From contig CAVPLT010000004.1 of assembly GCA_963706325.1 (NCBI GenBank), positions 416,001 to 480,000 on the forward strand: a DNA stretch of 64,000 nucleotides, written 5' to 3'. Below the pieces are notes generated by a model. That model saw only the letters and a list, made by a program, of their open reading frames with translations. It searched no databases and was not told the DNA's origin. Numbering within the stretch: position 1 is the first letter of the stretch; every line of letters begins with the position of its first letter. This stretch comes from an uncultured Nitrospiraceae bacterium (GTDB taxonomy: Bacteria > Nitrospirota > Nitrospiria > Nitrospirales > Nitrospiraceae). Positions 41,157-50,927 of this stretch are shown one piece after another. Position numbers and translations under genes: made by a program.

Positions 41157-41957
41157 GTGCGTTTGGGCAACTCTATACGAAGGATGTGGGTCACGGGCTG
41201 GATGTTGGCGCTCGTTGTGGCGGCAACCTCTGTCGGCGGAATGTCTGTCGTTCGCGCTGACGAGGTGACTGTGGCGGCCGCGTCCGACCTCAACTTCGCC
41301 ATCAAAGAATTGATTGCGGAGTATGAGAAGCAGAGCGGACACCATGTGAAACTCTCGCTCGGTTCGTCCGGAAATTTCTATGCGCAACTTCAGCAAGGAG
41401 CGCCGTTCGATCTGTATTTTTCGGCGGACATTGGTTATCCCAAGAAACTGGAAGAAGCCGGCCTCACGGTGCCGGGGACGCTCTATCGATACGCGATCGG
41501 CCGTGTGGTGCTCTGGGTGCCGAAGAGTTCATCGCTTGATGTCGCGAAGGGGCTCGGGGTGCTTCGAGATCCGGGGATTCGGAAAATTGCCATTGCCAAT
41601 CCCAAGCATGCGCCGTATGGTCGTGCGGCGGTGGCGGCAATGGAACATCAGCAGGTCTATGATGATGTAAAGGATCGGCTCGTGCTGGGCGAAAATATTT
41701 CACAAGCGGCGCAGTTCATCGAATCCGGCGCCTGCGATGTGGGAATTATCGCCTTGTCGTTAGCGATGGCTCCGGCAATGAAGAGCGCCGGAACTTATTG
41801 GGAAATTCCTGCGGATAACCATTCACCACTGGAACAGGGGGCGGTCATTATGAAACAGTCCAAGAAGCAGGAGATCGCCAGACAGTTCCTAGAATTCATG
41901 AAAGGTGCGCGAGGTCAGGAGATCATGACTCGTTATGGATTCACATTACCGAGTTGA
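41157..41957 (+). CDS. modA: molybdate ABC substrate-binding protein (canonical; start uncertain, 41112-41157)
   Basis: AAASDL, GSSG, GAPFDLYFSAD, ANPKHAPYG, GENISQA. Confidence 0.95.
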   Translation: MRLGNSIRRMWVTGWMLALVVAATSVGGMSVVRADEVTVAAASDLNFAIKELIAEYEKQSGHHVKLSLGSSGNFYAQLQQGAPFDLYFSADIGYPKKLEEAGLTVPGTLYRYAIGRVVLWVPKSSSLDVAKGLGVLRDPGIRKIAIANPKHAPYGRAAVAAMEHQQVYDDVKDRLVLGENISQAAQFIESGACDVGIIALSLAMAPAMKSAGTYWEIPADNHSPLEQGAVIMKQSKKQEIARQFLEFMKGARGQEIMTRYGFTLPS

Positions 41958-42276
41958 TCGTGCGATACGATGTGTCTATTCCCTTCTGCTGGTCATAGGA
42001 GCCGGCTGCTCGGAAGCGGTCATGATGAGCCAGGAGTCAGATCATGGCGGGGTGGTCACCTATGTCTTTAAGCAGGACCGCGGCGGTCCCATGGGGTCGC
42101 AATATCGAAGGGAGGCGCTGGATGCGATGCAGACAAAGTGCGGAAGGGGAGCTCGGGTTATTCGTGAAGGCGAGGTCCAGGGTTACACCAGTGCAGGAAT
42201 GGGCACGGTGGAAGGAACGGAGGACGAGGAGCGAGGAAGGCGCTGGGGAATTCAGTTCGAATGCAAAGGAGAGTGA
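41935..42276 (+). CDS. small lipoprotein
   Basis: GAGC lipobox; ends IQFECKGE; start uncertain. Confidence 0.6.
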   Translation: MDSHYRVDRAIRCVYSLLLVIGAGCSEAVMMSQESDHGGVVTYVFKQDRGGPMGSQYRREALDAMQTKCGRGARVIREGEVQGYTSAGMGTVEGTEDEERGRRWGIQFECKGE

Positions 42277-42325
42277 CAATCACGATGGAACGGCTGTTCC
42301 TCAGCCGTAGCAGAAGGGGGATCTG

Positions 42326-42529
42326 ATGAAGCTGAGCGCGAGAAATCAATTTCAAGGCCACGTTGTTCGAATCACCGAAGGTCAGGCAATGGCAGAAGTT
42401 GTGGTGAAAGTGGGCGCCTTAGAATTCGTGTCGGCGATTACCGAAGGTTCCGTTAAGACCATGGGCATCAAGGTCGGCGATGCCGTGACGGTTGCGGTGA
42501 AAGCGACCGACGTCATCGTCGGAAAATAA
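42326..42529 (+). CDS. Mop/TOBE molbindin
   Basis: MKLSARNQFQG, SAIT..S, VKATDV. Confidence 0.93.
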   Translation: MKLSARNQFQGHVVRITEGQAMAEVVVKVGALEFVSAITEGSVKTMGIKVGDAVTVAVKATDVIVGK

Positions 42530-42606
42530 CCTTCTTCGAGAGTCAGTCAGAGGTTGTCTCCGGTAGGAACAGATCCGGTTCATCCATACCGGCTGTGGAC
42601 GAGCAC

Positions 42607-43283
42607 ATGAACTGGATCGCAATTTGGGTGACGTTCAAGTTGGCTGCGCTCACGGCGCTGATCCTCTTGGTTGTCGGACTGCCGATCGCTTATTGGGTCA
42701 GTTTTTCGCGCAGGCGCTGGAAGTTTATCGTGGAATCGGTGGTGGCACTGCCGCTGGTGCTGCCGCCGACCGTGCTTGGGTTTTATATTCTCGTCGCGAT
42801 TGGTCCGCACAGCCCCTTCGGACGGTTTTATAACGAGCTCGTCGGGCACCCGCTGCCCTTTCACCTTCGAAGGCCTCCTGCTCGCCTCCATTCTCTACAG
42901 CCTTCCGTTTGCGGTGCAACCGTTTGTCGCGGCGTTCGAGCAGGTCGATCGGCGATTGATCGAGGCCTCGTGGACGTTAGGGGTGTCCAAACTCAACACA
43001 TTTTTCAAGCTCATCATGCCTTTGTCCAAAGCAGGATTGGTGACCGGCGCGGTGCTGAGTTTTGCTCATACCATGGGTGAGTTCGGAGTCGTATTGATGG
43101 TCGGAGGTAACCTCGAAGGCGAGACGCGCACGGTGTCTATCGACATCTATGATGAAGTGCAGGCCTTGAATTATGCCGGGGCGGCCAAGACCTGCGCTCT
43201 TTCTTCTGATCGTTTCCTATGCCGTCTTGCTCCTGGTGTATGCCGTCAATCGGAATGTCTGGGCAGCATGGCCGCAGAAATAG
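42607..43283 (+). CDS. modB: molybdate ABC permease (frameshifts ~42860, ~43192)
   Basis: LPLVLPPTVLGF, SLPFAVQP, FAHTMGEFG in successive frames. Confidence 0.85.
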
Positions 43284-44363
43284 ACATCAATATCGTCAAG
43301 ACGTTCTCCGGTCGCGCGCCGATTCGGGCTCGGATTCGATACCCGGTTGAAGCCTCGACGGTGTTGATATTGTTCGGTCCTTCTGGGTCCGGCAAGACAA
43401 CGATTCTCCGTTGCGTGGCAGGACTCGAATGGCCGGAAGAAGGCACCATTCAGTTTGTCTCGAGAACGTGGCTGGATACGGCATCTGGAATCAAGATCGT
43501 TCCACAAGATCGACATATCGGCTATATGCCCAGGACTATGCGCTGTTTCCGACCTATACGGTGGCGGGCAATATCGCCTATGGGCTCAGCCACTTGTCGA
43601 CCCAGGACCGCAGGAAACGCGTGGACGAGATGCTGGATCTGTTTCAGTTGCGCGGCTTTGAGTCGGCCATGCCGCGTGAACTCTCCGGTGGACAACAACA
43701 ACGAGTGGCGCTTAGCCCGAGCGGTCGCGCCGCGACCGCTGTTGCTGCTCTTGGATGAGCCGCTCTCCGCACTGGACGCGCCGACTCGGGTGCACCTGAG
43801 AGATGAACTGCGGAGGCTTCTTCAAGCAATTGTCGCTCTGCCGTCAATCATTGTGACGCATGATTGGGCGGAAGCCCTGACGATGGGCGATGTGATGGCT
43901 GTCATCAGCGCGGGGAATGTGCTTGCAGGTGGGAAGGCCGATCGAGGTATTCAGTCGTCCGCATAATGCGGATGTTGCGCGCGTCGTTGGAATCGAGACG
44001 GTTGTGAAGGGGCGGGTGATCGGATCAGCGGACGGCATGGTGCGCGTGAATGTGAACGGTACGACCTTGACGGCCGTTGCAGCGGAGTCAGAAGGATCGG
44101 AAGTATTCGTCTGTATTCGATCAGAAGATGTTGTGTTGGAACGAGGTGTCACGGGGAGCAGCGCGCGGAATCATCTTGTCGGGACTGTCACTTCGATCAC
44201 GCTGCTCGGAGCGTTAGCGCGTGTCACGATCGATTGCGATTTTCCGCTTGTTGCCATGGTCACTCGCTCGACTGTGGACGAGTTCGGGCTCGTATTGGGT
44301 GTTTCCGTAGGAGCCGCAATTAAAGCCGGAGCGATCCATTTGGTATCGAGGCGAGGCGCGTAG
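43268..44363 (+). CDS. modC: molybdate ABC ATPase (several frameshifts ~43528-43925)
   Basis: GPSGSGKT, QDYALFP, LSGGQQQRVAL, LLLDEP, C-terminal TOBE SSARNHL, in different frames. Confidence 0.85.
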
Positions 44364-44418
44364 AGAGTGGCAATGGGAGTGGTCGGCACTGGATCTGGAT
44401 GAAGTAACGGTGCTGCGC

Positions 44419-45165
44419 CTAGAACGCTCCGGTGATGCTTGCCCCAAACTTGTCCCGCACAATGGGAGTGGCCTCTTCGATGTTCAGCTTCTTTTGGAGC
44501 ACATGGGCGACTGAGCGCATTTTGTACATTCGAGGCTGCTTGGTTTTCCCCTGCTCAGTGACCAGCACGTCCGCGACGCAGAGATAGGTAATGTCCTCGC
44601 TCTGTTGCGGTTGTGTCATCCCTGGATAGCCGCCTCGGCCGCTCATTGCCATCCGCATCATGGCATTGATGTCGGGCATCGCTCCGCCTCCCATCGCCAT
44701 TCCGCGCATTGCTTGGGCGTTCATGCCGTTGCCCGCCATTCCACCGAACATGCCGTTCATGGCATCCATGTCGAGTCCACCCGCGTTCATGAGCGGCGTC
44801 CCTCCGCTGCCGATGCCCGCGCCGAATCCAGCCTTTGCAACCGTCTCTGGTTTCACCCCATCCCCCGCCTTGTGACAATACACCACCTGGGTCTGCAGCC
44901 AGTAGGCCGCTTCTAGCGGATCCTTGACGACTTGGTATCCCTTGGCGCTCAGTCTGGCAGAAATATCCGAAGGGGTCGCGTCCTGGTTCTCAGAGGTGTT
45001 GCGGATTTGCACATAGATGGTACGCGCGGCACTCGGCGGCAGGAGGATGGAAGTGTCGTTGACCAGTCCGGTGCGTAAAACGTTGCTGCACCCGGTGATC
45101 AACGATAGGCCGACAAGTAGACAGGCTGTGCTGCAGTACAGATTTCTGTTCCTTGGGTGGTTCAT
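44419..45165 (-). CDS. TraT-like outer-membrane lipoprotein with a Met/Gly-rich insert
   Basis: ITGC lipobox, IYVQIRNTS, AKGYQVVKDP..AAYWLQ, ADV. Confidence 0.75.
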   Translation of the reverse strand: MNHPRNRNLYCSTACLLVGLSLITGCSNVLRTGLVNDTSILLPPSAARTIYVQIRNTSENQDATPSDISARLSAKGYQVVKDPLEAAYWLQTQVVYCHKAGDGVKPETVAKAGFGAGIGSGGTPLMNAGGLDMDAMNGMFGGMAGNGMNAQAMRGMAMGGGAMPDINAMMRMAMSGRGGYPGMTQPQQSEDITYLCVADVLVTEQGKTKQPRMYKMRSVAHVLQKKLNIEEATPIVRDKFGASITGAF

Positions 45166-45171
45166 CGGAAT

Positions 45172-45903
45172 TCAGAAATGGCCCGCCACTGACGCACTGA
45201 GTCGCTGTTGCACCAACGGGGTGGCTTCCTGATCATTAAGTTTCTTCTGGTGCACGCTCGCCGCGAGACGAGTTTGGTAGACACCCGAAGGAGGCGACGT
45301 ACCGAGCTGTGAAACGGGAAGCCCCCCACCCGTAATCGCCAATTCTGTAATTTGGAGATCCGCCACGCAGGCGTAATTGATATTCTCATTGGCATCGGGT
45401 CGTGACGGTCCGCCGAACATATTGCCCACGGCGTTTCCAATTCCCTCGGCGGCATTGAGTCCCATGCTGGCGGCCCCTCCAAGGAGCGCGCCCTGCGGAC
45501 CCGCCATGCTGGCCATGCCCGTCAGACCGTGCAGGCCCGAGATGATGGAACTACCGATTCCCGATCCATAACCACCGGCAACCATGTCCTCAACCGGAAG
45601 CTCAACCTTCGTTTGGTTGCAATAGACGATGTTTGTCAGCACCACATAGGCTGCGGTCTGAGGATCCCGTACGATCTGGTAACCCTTCGCGCTCAGGCGC
45701 GATTCCAGATCATTTAGCGAGACATCCTGATTGTCGGAAGAATTGCGATTCTGCAGGAAGACCGTTCGCGCTGTTGAGGGTGGCAACATGATGCTGTTGC
45801 TGGCCAGTAGATCAGTGTCCCGAACATTGGCGGCGCAGCCAGCCAGTAGGAGGGTCGCTGCCAGAAATCCGAGGAAGGAACCTGGAGCCATCTCTAGTTT
45901 CAT
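45172..45903 (-). CDS. TraT-like outer-membrane lipoprotein
   Basis: LAGC lipobox, RNSSD, AKGYQIVRDP, glycine zipper, ADLQITE, YQTR. Confidence 0.8.
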   Translation of the reverse strand: MKLEMAPGSFLGFLAATLLLAGCAANVRDTDLLASNSIMLPPSTARTVFLQNRNSSDNQDVSLNDLESRLSAKGYQIVRDPQTAAYVVLTNIVYCNQTKVELPVEDMVAGGYGSGIGSSIISGLHGLTGMASMAGPQGALLGGAASMGLNAAEGIGNAVGNMFGGPSRPDANENINYACVADLQITELAITGGGLPVSQLGTSPPSGVYQTRLAASVHQKKLNDQEATPLVQQRLSASVAGHF

Positions 45904-46385
45904 GGGAAGTGCGGGGCTGCTGCTTAAAAGAGAGTCGCGGCGGGATTCTAGGTGAACGCCGTGAGTGTTTGCAATCATGAAAGTCATGAAATTTTGAAAT
46001 TCCGCGGCCAAATCCTGCTACGGAACATCTCCCCAATATCTGTGGATATCCCTGTTGATACTGTCCATGCCAACTGCCAACACTCACGCCAATTCAAGCC
46101 GAATAGCATGTTGCCTATTTTTTAAGCATAGAGAATCGGATCGGTTACCACCACAATATCTGGTAGGTCTCTTCTTGGCTGTATGTATTAGCATTCAGTT
46201 TATGGACATCTAGCATTGTTAGAGGAGGCTGCCTGTGGATAGGAACGTAATTTTTAGCGATCATCAAAATCTCTCTTGACTTATACACAGAAATTTCTCG
46301 TCCTTGAGAATGTTTGTATCGAAATACGAAGAAAGACCGCTCTGCGAAAGGCGGTCCAAACTGTCAAGAAAGAAGTGAAATCCAC

Positions 46386-46425
46386 TTGACATGCGACAGA
46401 CGGCCATGTAACCATTGGTTACATG
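46386..46425 (+). promoter_or_regulatory. -35 box and palindromic operator overlapping the repressor start codon
   Basis: TTGACA 46386-46391; CATGTAACCA-T-TGGTTACATG 46405-46425. Confidence 0.7.
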
Positions 46426-46974
46426 ATGACAGCCATTCAATTCCGTCGCATTCGAGAAGAACTAGGGATGACGCAAGAGCAATTGGCCCTGGAGCTTCGT
46501 ACGACGCGTGTGTCTATTGCCCGTTATGAATCAGGGATGCGACGGATCGGCGGCGCAGTGCAGGTAGCGATCACGCAGCTTGGGAGGAGGGTTGAAATTC
46601 CTATGGCCGGAGTGGTTGCGGCCGGGGTGCCGATTGAACCGGTTACTCAATCGGAATGGGTGGAAGTGCCACCTAGCATGGTGAGATACGGTGAAACGTT
46701 CGCACTCCGTGTGAAAGGGAATTCCATGATCGAAGACGGCATCCTTTCCGGCGATGTGGTGGTGGTGCGGAAACAACCGACCGCGCAAAACGGTCAGACA
46801 GTGGTGGCACTAGTGAACCGGGAAGCGACCATCAAAACCTACTTCAAGCGTGAACACCACATTGAACTCCATCCTGCCAATGCCGCGATGCAGCCATTCG
46901 TGGTCACACCTGCGGACGAATTTGCTATCGAGGGTGTGCTTGTCGGCGTGATTCGACATTGCGATAACACGTAA
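46423..46974 (+). CDS. XRE-HTH + S24 peptidase (LexA/CI-like) repressor
   Basis: MTQEQLA...ARYESG HTH; VAAG cleavage site, GNSM Ser, ATIK Lys. Confidence 0.9.
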   Translation: MMTAIQFRRIREELGMTQEQLALELRTTRVSIARYESGMRRIGGAVQVAITQLGRRVEIPMAGVVAAGVPIEPVTQSEWVEVPPSMVRYGETFALRVKGNSMIEDGILSGDVVVVRKQPTAQNGQTVVALVNREATIKTYFKREHHIELHPANAAMQPFVVTPADEFAIEGVLVGVIRHCDNT

Positions 46975-46989
46975 TTCAAGGAGGGCACG

Positions 46990-47238
46990 GTGATGACTCA
47001 TCAGCAGCAGGTCATGGTTGAGCGTGTGGATGAACTGGAGCGGATGATCGTCCGCCTGAACGGACGCATCGTGGAACTACAACGGGAACTCAAGCACAGC
47101 AAGAGTGCGGCGTTTACAGGCGGGGCTAACGGCTCGCGGTTGCGAACCTTTTTGGGCGGAATCAAACCGGTTATTCTGAATACAACTCCCATCCGAGAGA
47201 ACAGGAGGGTCCAACGCCATGATCTCTGTCTCTTCTGA
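46990..47238 (+). CDS. small coiled-coil protein
   Basis: AAGGAGG RBS; heptad pattern. Confidence 0.45.
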   Translation: MMTHQQQVMVERVDELERMIVRLNGRIVELQRELKHSKSAAFTGGANGSRLRTFLGGIKPVILNTTPIRENRRVQRHDLCLF

Positions 47239-47401
47239 CATCGATACCACGACTGCTGGTTACTGCGCCGATTGTGGCAAGATTGTGATGCGGCGAACCC
47301 CGCTCTTCGACGAGCAGGTTAAAGTGACGCGGGAAGTCTGTATCCGTTGCCTCGTATTGGCCTATCAACGGCGGCAGTTTGAGTCGGGCTGTTGCGGGTA
47401 A
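47219..47401 (+). CDS. small CxxC-CxxC zinc-ribbon-like protein
   Basis: AGGAGG RBS; CADC...CIRC, C-terminal GCCG. Confidence 0.5.
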   Translation: MISVSSDIDTTTAGYCADCGKIVMRRTPLFDEQVKVTREVCIRCLVLAYQRRQFESGCCG

Positions 47402-48098
47402 AACCACAGTTTTTGGCGCAACGGGTGCCCTTTGCAAGCCGAGGCGAGGCATGGGTGTACCTGCGGCACGACCATGAGCCGCTGATCCGACTAGAATTCA
47501 GGTGTAATGTTTTCATGTTCCATTCGGAGATTCAACTAATCATGAGCTTTATGAGCGGGTACGCTTCTCCATTTTTGGTGGCCGTTGGTTTGGGAGGGAC
47601 GTTCTCAAAGCAGGTCAACTATTGCCAACCTGGCGCGGCTGGCATTTCAGCCGACAGGGCAGCAGCGTGTTAAAAGCGGCGGCTGGCACAAAGGCTCGTC
47701 AGGTAGTTGAAGCGCTGTACTTCATCATGGCTAGCCGGTCCGATCTGGCTAATCGAAGTATCGTCTCTGCTATGGCAGCTAATGAAAGAATCTGCGGTTG
47801 GCAACTGGAGGCAGATTGCCTCGCGGTTGACCATGGAGCAAGTGATGGAAGAACGCTTTGCCGATACCTATCACGCTCTCTGGAGCGAAACGATCCATCT
47901 CTAATGGCAGGCAGTTACTTCCGGTAAGAGCATGTGAGAGGAGACTTCAGCTCGGCACGGTGGAGAGCGTGACCAAAACCGGAATTGTTTAGCCGAACCG
48001 GGAGAAAAATCTGAACGCCCGACTGACATTGCCCGGCTGCTCCATCCTTGTCCTTGACGCGGGATTCGAGAAGACATAGACTCGGATCACGACCGCAC

Positions 48099-48175
48099 GG
48101 GAATGGGGCGCTCCCGAGAACCGCCGAAAGGCTGATGGCTCCTACTGCACACACTTGCGGTAGGGGCTTTTTTGT
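48099..48175 (+). ncRNA. fluoride riboswitch (crcB motif) with intrinsic terminator
   Basis: GGGAATGGGGCGCTCCC-GAGAACC-GCCGAAAGGC-TGATGGCTCCTAC, then an overlapping hairpin and T-run, directly upstream of crcB. Confidence 0.88.
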
Positions 48176-48208
48176 TGCCCTGTCGCTGACCAGAAAGGAC
48201 GAGAGGGC

Positions 48209-48643
48209 ATGGATAACTTGTTCACTTGTGTATTGTTGGCGCTCGGCGGAGGGTTAGGAACCGTGGCACGCTATGGCCTCTCGCTTTGGGCGATGCCGAT
48301 GAGCCAGCGCCTGCCGTGCGGCACGTTACTGATCAATATCCTCGGCTCGTTGCTCATTGGGTTCTTTGGGACGCTCACGCTTGCGGACGGGAAGTATCCC
48401 GTCTCGGAGCAGCTGCGTCTCTTCATCATGGTCGGGGTCTGTGGGGGCTTTACGACGTTCTCGGCATTCAGTCTGCAAACGCTCGACCTCTTACGCTCGG
48501 GAGCGTGGATGCGGGCAACACTGAATATCCTGCTCTCAGTCGGCCTCTGCGTAGGCGCCGTCGCCGTCGGCCATCTGGTCGCGGCCTCCTTCAACGGCGG
48601 CACACCTCGAATTGCGCAACTCGATATTGAAGAAGAGGCGTAA
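48209..48643 (+). CDS. crcB: fluoride channel Fluc/CrcB
   Basis: GGGLGTVARY, GTLLINILGS, GVCGGFTTFSAF. Confidence 0.95.
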   Translation: MDNLFTCVLLALGGGLGTVARYGLSLWAMPMSQRLPCGTLLINILGSLLIGFFGTLTLADGKYPVSEQLRLFIMVGVCGGFTTFSAFSLQTLDLLRSGAWMRATLNILLSVGLCVGAVAVGHLVAASFNGGTPRIAQLDIEEEA

Positions 48644-48949
48644 CAGCCGATCTCGGTGTAAAACCTGGAAACCATTAAGGCCAGCTCTCGCGCGCTGCAA
48701 GTCGCAGCATAAAAAGCTTTCGCTCATCAAGTATTGAGGCGTGGGCCTATCAGCGGTCGCAGGCTGCCAAAGAAACCGCACCCGATGCCATGTCCGCTCA
48801 GACGTTATATCGTTTGCCGCCCTGCCATCACGCCCGGAAACCGTCGAGGCAACGACAGTGCTCCTGACATCCACATTGATGAGAGAGCTGCGATCCTGCC
48901 ATTTTCAACAACCGGTGGCGCTCCAATGAACAGCAATCCGCACCATTTC

Positions 48950-49108
48950 TTATGGGTGAGACGCGTTCGCCTGACTAAGGATTTTCTCTGCCTGGCTGAC
49001 GCAACGATTCTTCTCCGCACATTCCTGCTGTAGCTGTTGAGCAGTTTTTAGACGAGTAATAATCTTGCCTAACTGCGGGTCGTAAACGCGTTCGCCTTCG
49101 GTGGGCAT
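48950..49108 (-). CDS. 52-aa hypothetical protein (paralog at 53240)
   Basis: GGAGG RBS, upstream sigma54 motif, similarity to the 53240 ORF. Confidence 0.5.
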   Translation of the reverse strand: MPTEGERVYDPQLGKIITRLKTAQQLQQECAEKNRCVSQAEKILSQANASHP

Positions 49109-49300
49109 ACATTCTACCTCCGTTAGGGAATCACCCCACCAGCTGGCCATTCCGGGCGCTTCCAGATAATCCTACTTGTGCTTACTCAGGCCATCAATGT
49201 TCTGAGATGCACGAGTGATCCCAAACACAAGAGCAGGGTGAGGATCGCGAGAGTATTCACGGTTGCCGGCTCCTTCCTTCGATTGCCGTCCCCTAAGGTC

Positions 49301-49316
49301 AGCAATAGGCGTACCA
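49301..49316 (-). promoter_or_regulatory. putative sigma54 promoter
   Basis: TGGTACGCCTATTGCT, near-consensus GG-N10-GC. Confidence 0.6.
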
Positions 49317-49859
49317 AGGGAACTCGGTTAGACGTATGTGTCGTCACGCCATGAGCTGCGAGATTTTACCGGGTTAGCCGTGGTGGAAGAGTGGAGATCA
49401 ATTGCTGGTTGAAGGAAGGTTATCCAAAGCGATACGGGACATGTGTGATTGGATACTGGACGCTGAGTGAGCGTGCTGAGGGAAGGACGGGAAGAAAGCC
49501 TATGTAGAATGAGAGGGAGTGTTCGTAATGTGGGGAGCCACAGTGGCGCCCGCGCCTAGCGACGCAGCCTGCAACCGATCAAACAGGGCCTGGATCGTGT
49601 GCGGGGCATTCGTTCTCCGTGCCATCGTGTATGGCTTCCTCCGACGAACTGACGAGACAGGGGTGAAAACCATGAGTCGACTTAGGAAGGGGCCGGTCCG
49701 GAATGCTTTTGGGGTGTTGCGTGCGATATGAGTGATGCTGGTCTGCATTGGGGGGTGACTTGGCGTGTCAAATGTGTATCACCGATACATCCGTAGCTGC
49801 GGTCTGAGATGAAGTGGTGGGCGAAGGGATAGGAAGCGTCCGCCGGCTGTCACATCTAC

Positions 49860-50486
49860 TTACGCTAAGCGCGTCTGCGGAACATCGATGCCTAGTAACT
49901 GTCTGATCTTTGGAGATGCGTACGTCGACGCGACCGGAATGCGGACTAACGGAATGCCAACTTGTTTCAGGACGGACGCGACGAAGATATCGCGTTTTAC
50001 ACCGTCTTCCAGATCATGAGAACGGTCATCCAATTCGATGACGGCCTGCGGTTTCAGCGTCATCGGATCTACCAATACAAAATCGACCCGCTTGAGACTA
50101 ATTCTGTTTCGAACAATGGTAGCCAAACGCTTGTCGTCGGTCGCCGTATCGATCATGGTCCACAACGGGAGTTGAGTAAATATAATGTACCGTGTTCCGA
50201 GGGCGTCCTGAAGCGCCCGAAAGAACTTTGTCTCAGTGGCCGTGAGCAGTGGACGGCGGGTCAACGTATCCACTTCATACGGGTCGCTAGCACCATCTTT
50301 GAGCATGGTCACACGCACATCGGCTCTGTGGCTCGGATTCAATCCTCGCTTACGCCGTGCGTTCATCCAGGCTCGCCCTATTATAGTGAGGCCGGTCACA
50401 ACGATGAGCTCAGCAATCAACATGTAAAAAGAGAGCGGAAGGATACTCACTGTTTTGACCGCCCAACTGTAGCGGACTAGCTCCAT
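49860..50486 (-). CDS. DUF2726 domain membrane protein
   Basis: LLTATE..FF, KRVDFVLVD, IELDDRSH, KRDIFV. Confidence 0.85.
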   Translation of the reverse strand: MELVRYSWAVKTVSILPLSFYMLIAELIVVTGLTIIGRAWMNARRKRGLNPSHRADVRVTMLKDGASDPYEVDTLTRRPLLTATETKFFRALQDALGTRYIIFTQLPLWTMIDTATDDKRLATIVRNRISLKRVDFVLVDPMTLKPQAVIELDDRSHDLEDGVKRDIFVASVLKQVGIPLVRIPVASTYASPKIRQLLGIDVPQTRLA

Positions 50487-50905
50487 ACGTCAATCAATAC
50501 CCACAAGCGGGTTTTCATTCTTAGGCGCCGAGCTAGGGAGGATCCGAGCGGCTTGCTGACTGAATGGCTTACAGAAGTGTTTCCCTTGACACTTGAAGAG
50601 GCCATTAGCAAGGCATCAGTCCTCTTTCACCAAGCTTGGATTGACTGTCGGCTTCGCTCGTGCTGGCGATATGCTCACTTGAGTCCGTCGGCATCCACTG
50701 CATCACGTTGAGAAGATCGCTGCGTTCGGCAAGGTGATAAGCCAGGGGGGTCCAGCAAGCACAGCCAGTGCCTTCACAGGTGGACAATCGAACGAGGAAG
50801 GACGAAACCTATGGCGCGCTGCAGCCCATGGTTAGGTTCCAACCGTGACCGGAACCGTGACAGAGGCCATCCAGGTATGGGCAGTTGAGTGATAAGTTGC
50901 AAAAT

Positions 50906-50927
50906 TTATTGGTGGCGGTGAACCGGA
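50906..50927. repeat. direct repeat of the tRNA-Met 3' end (att-like)
   Basis: TTATTGGTGGCGGTGA(A/C)CCGGA matches 53845-53866 at 21/22 nt. Confidence 0.75.

Noticed and set aside
42671..43966. 431-aa apparent ModB-ModC fusion
   Set aside because: Product of frameshifts; separate modB stop (43283) and modC start (43268) exist
46423..46974. Canonical lexA
   Set aside because: N-terminus is an XRE-type HTH, not the LexA winged helix
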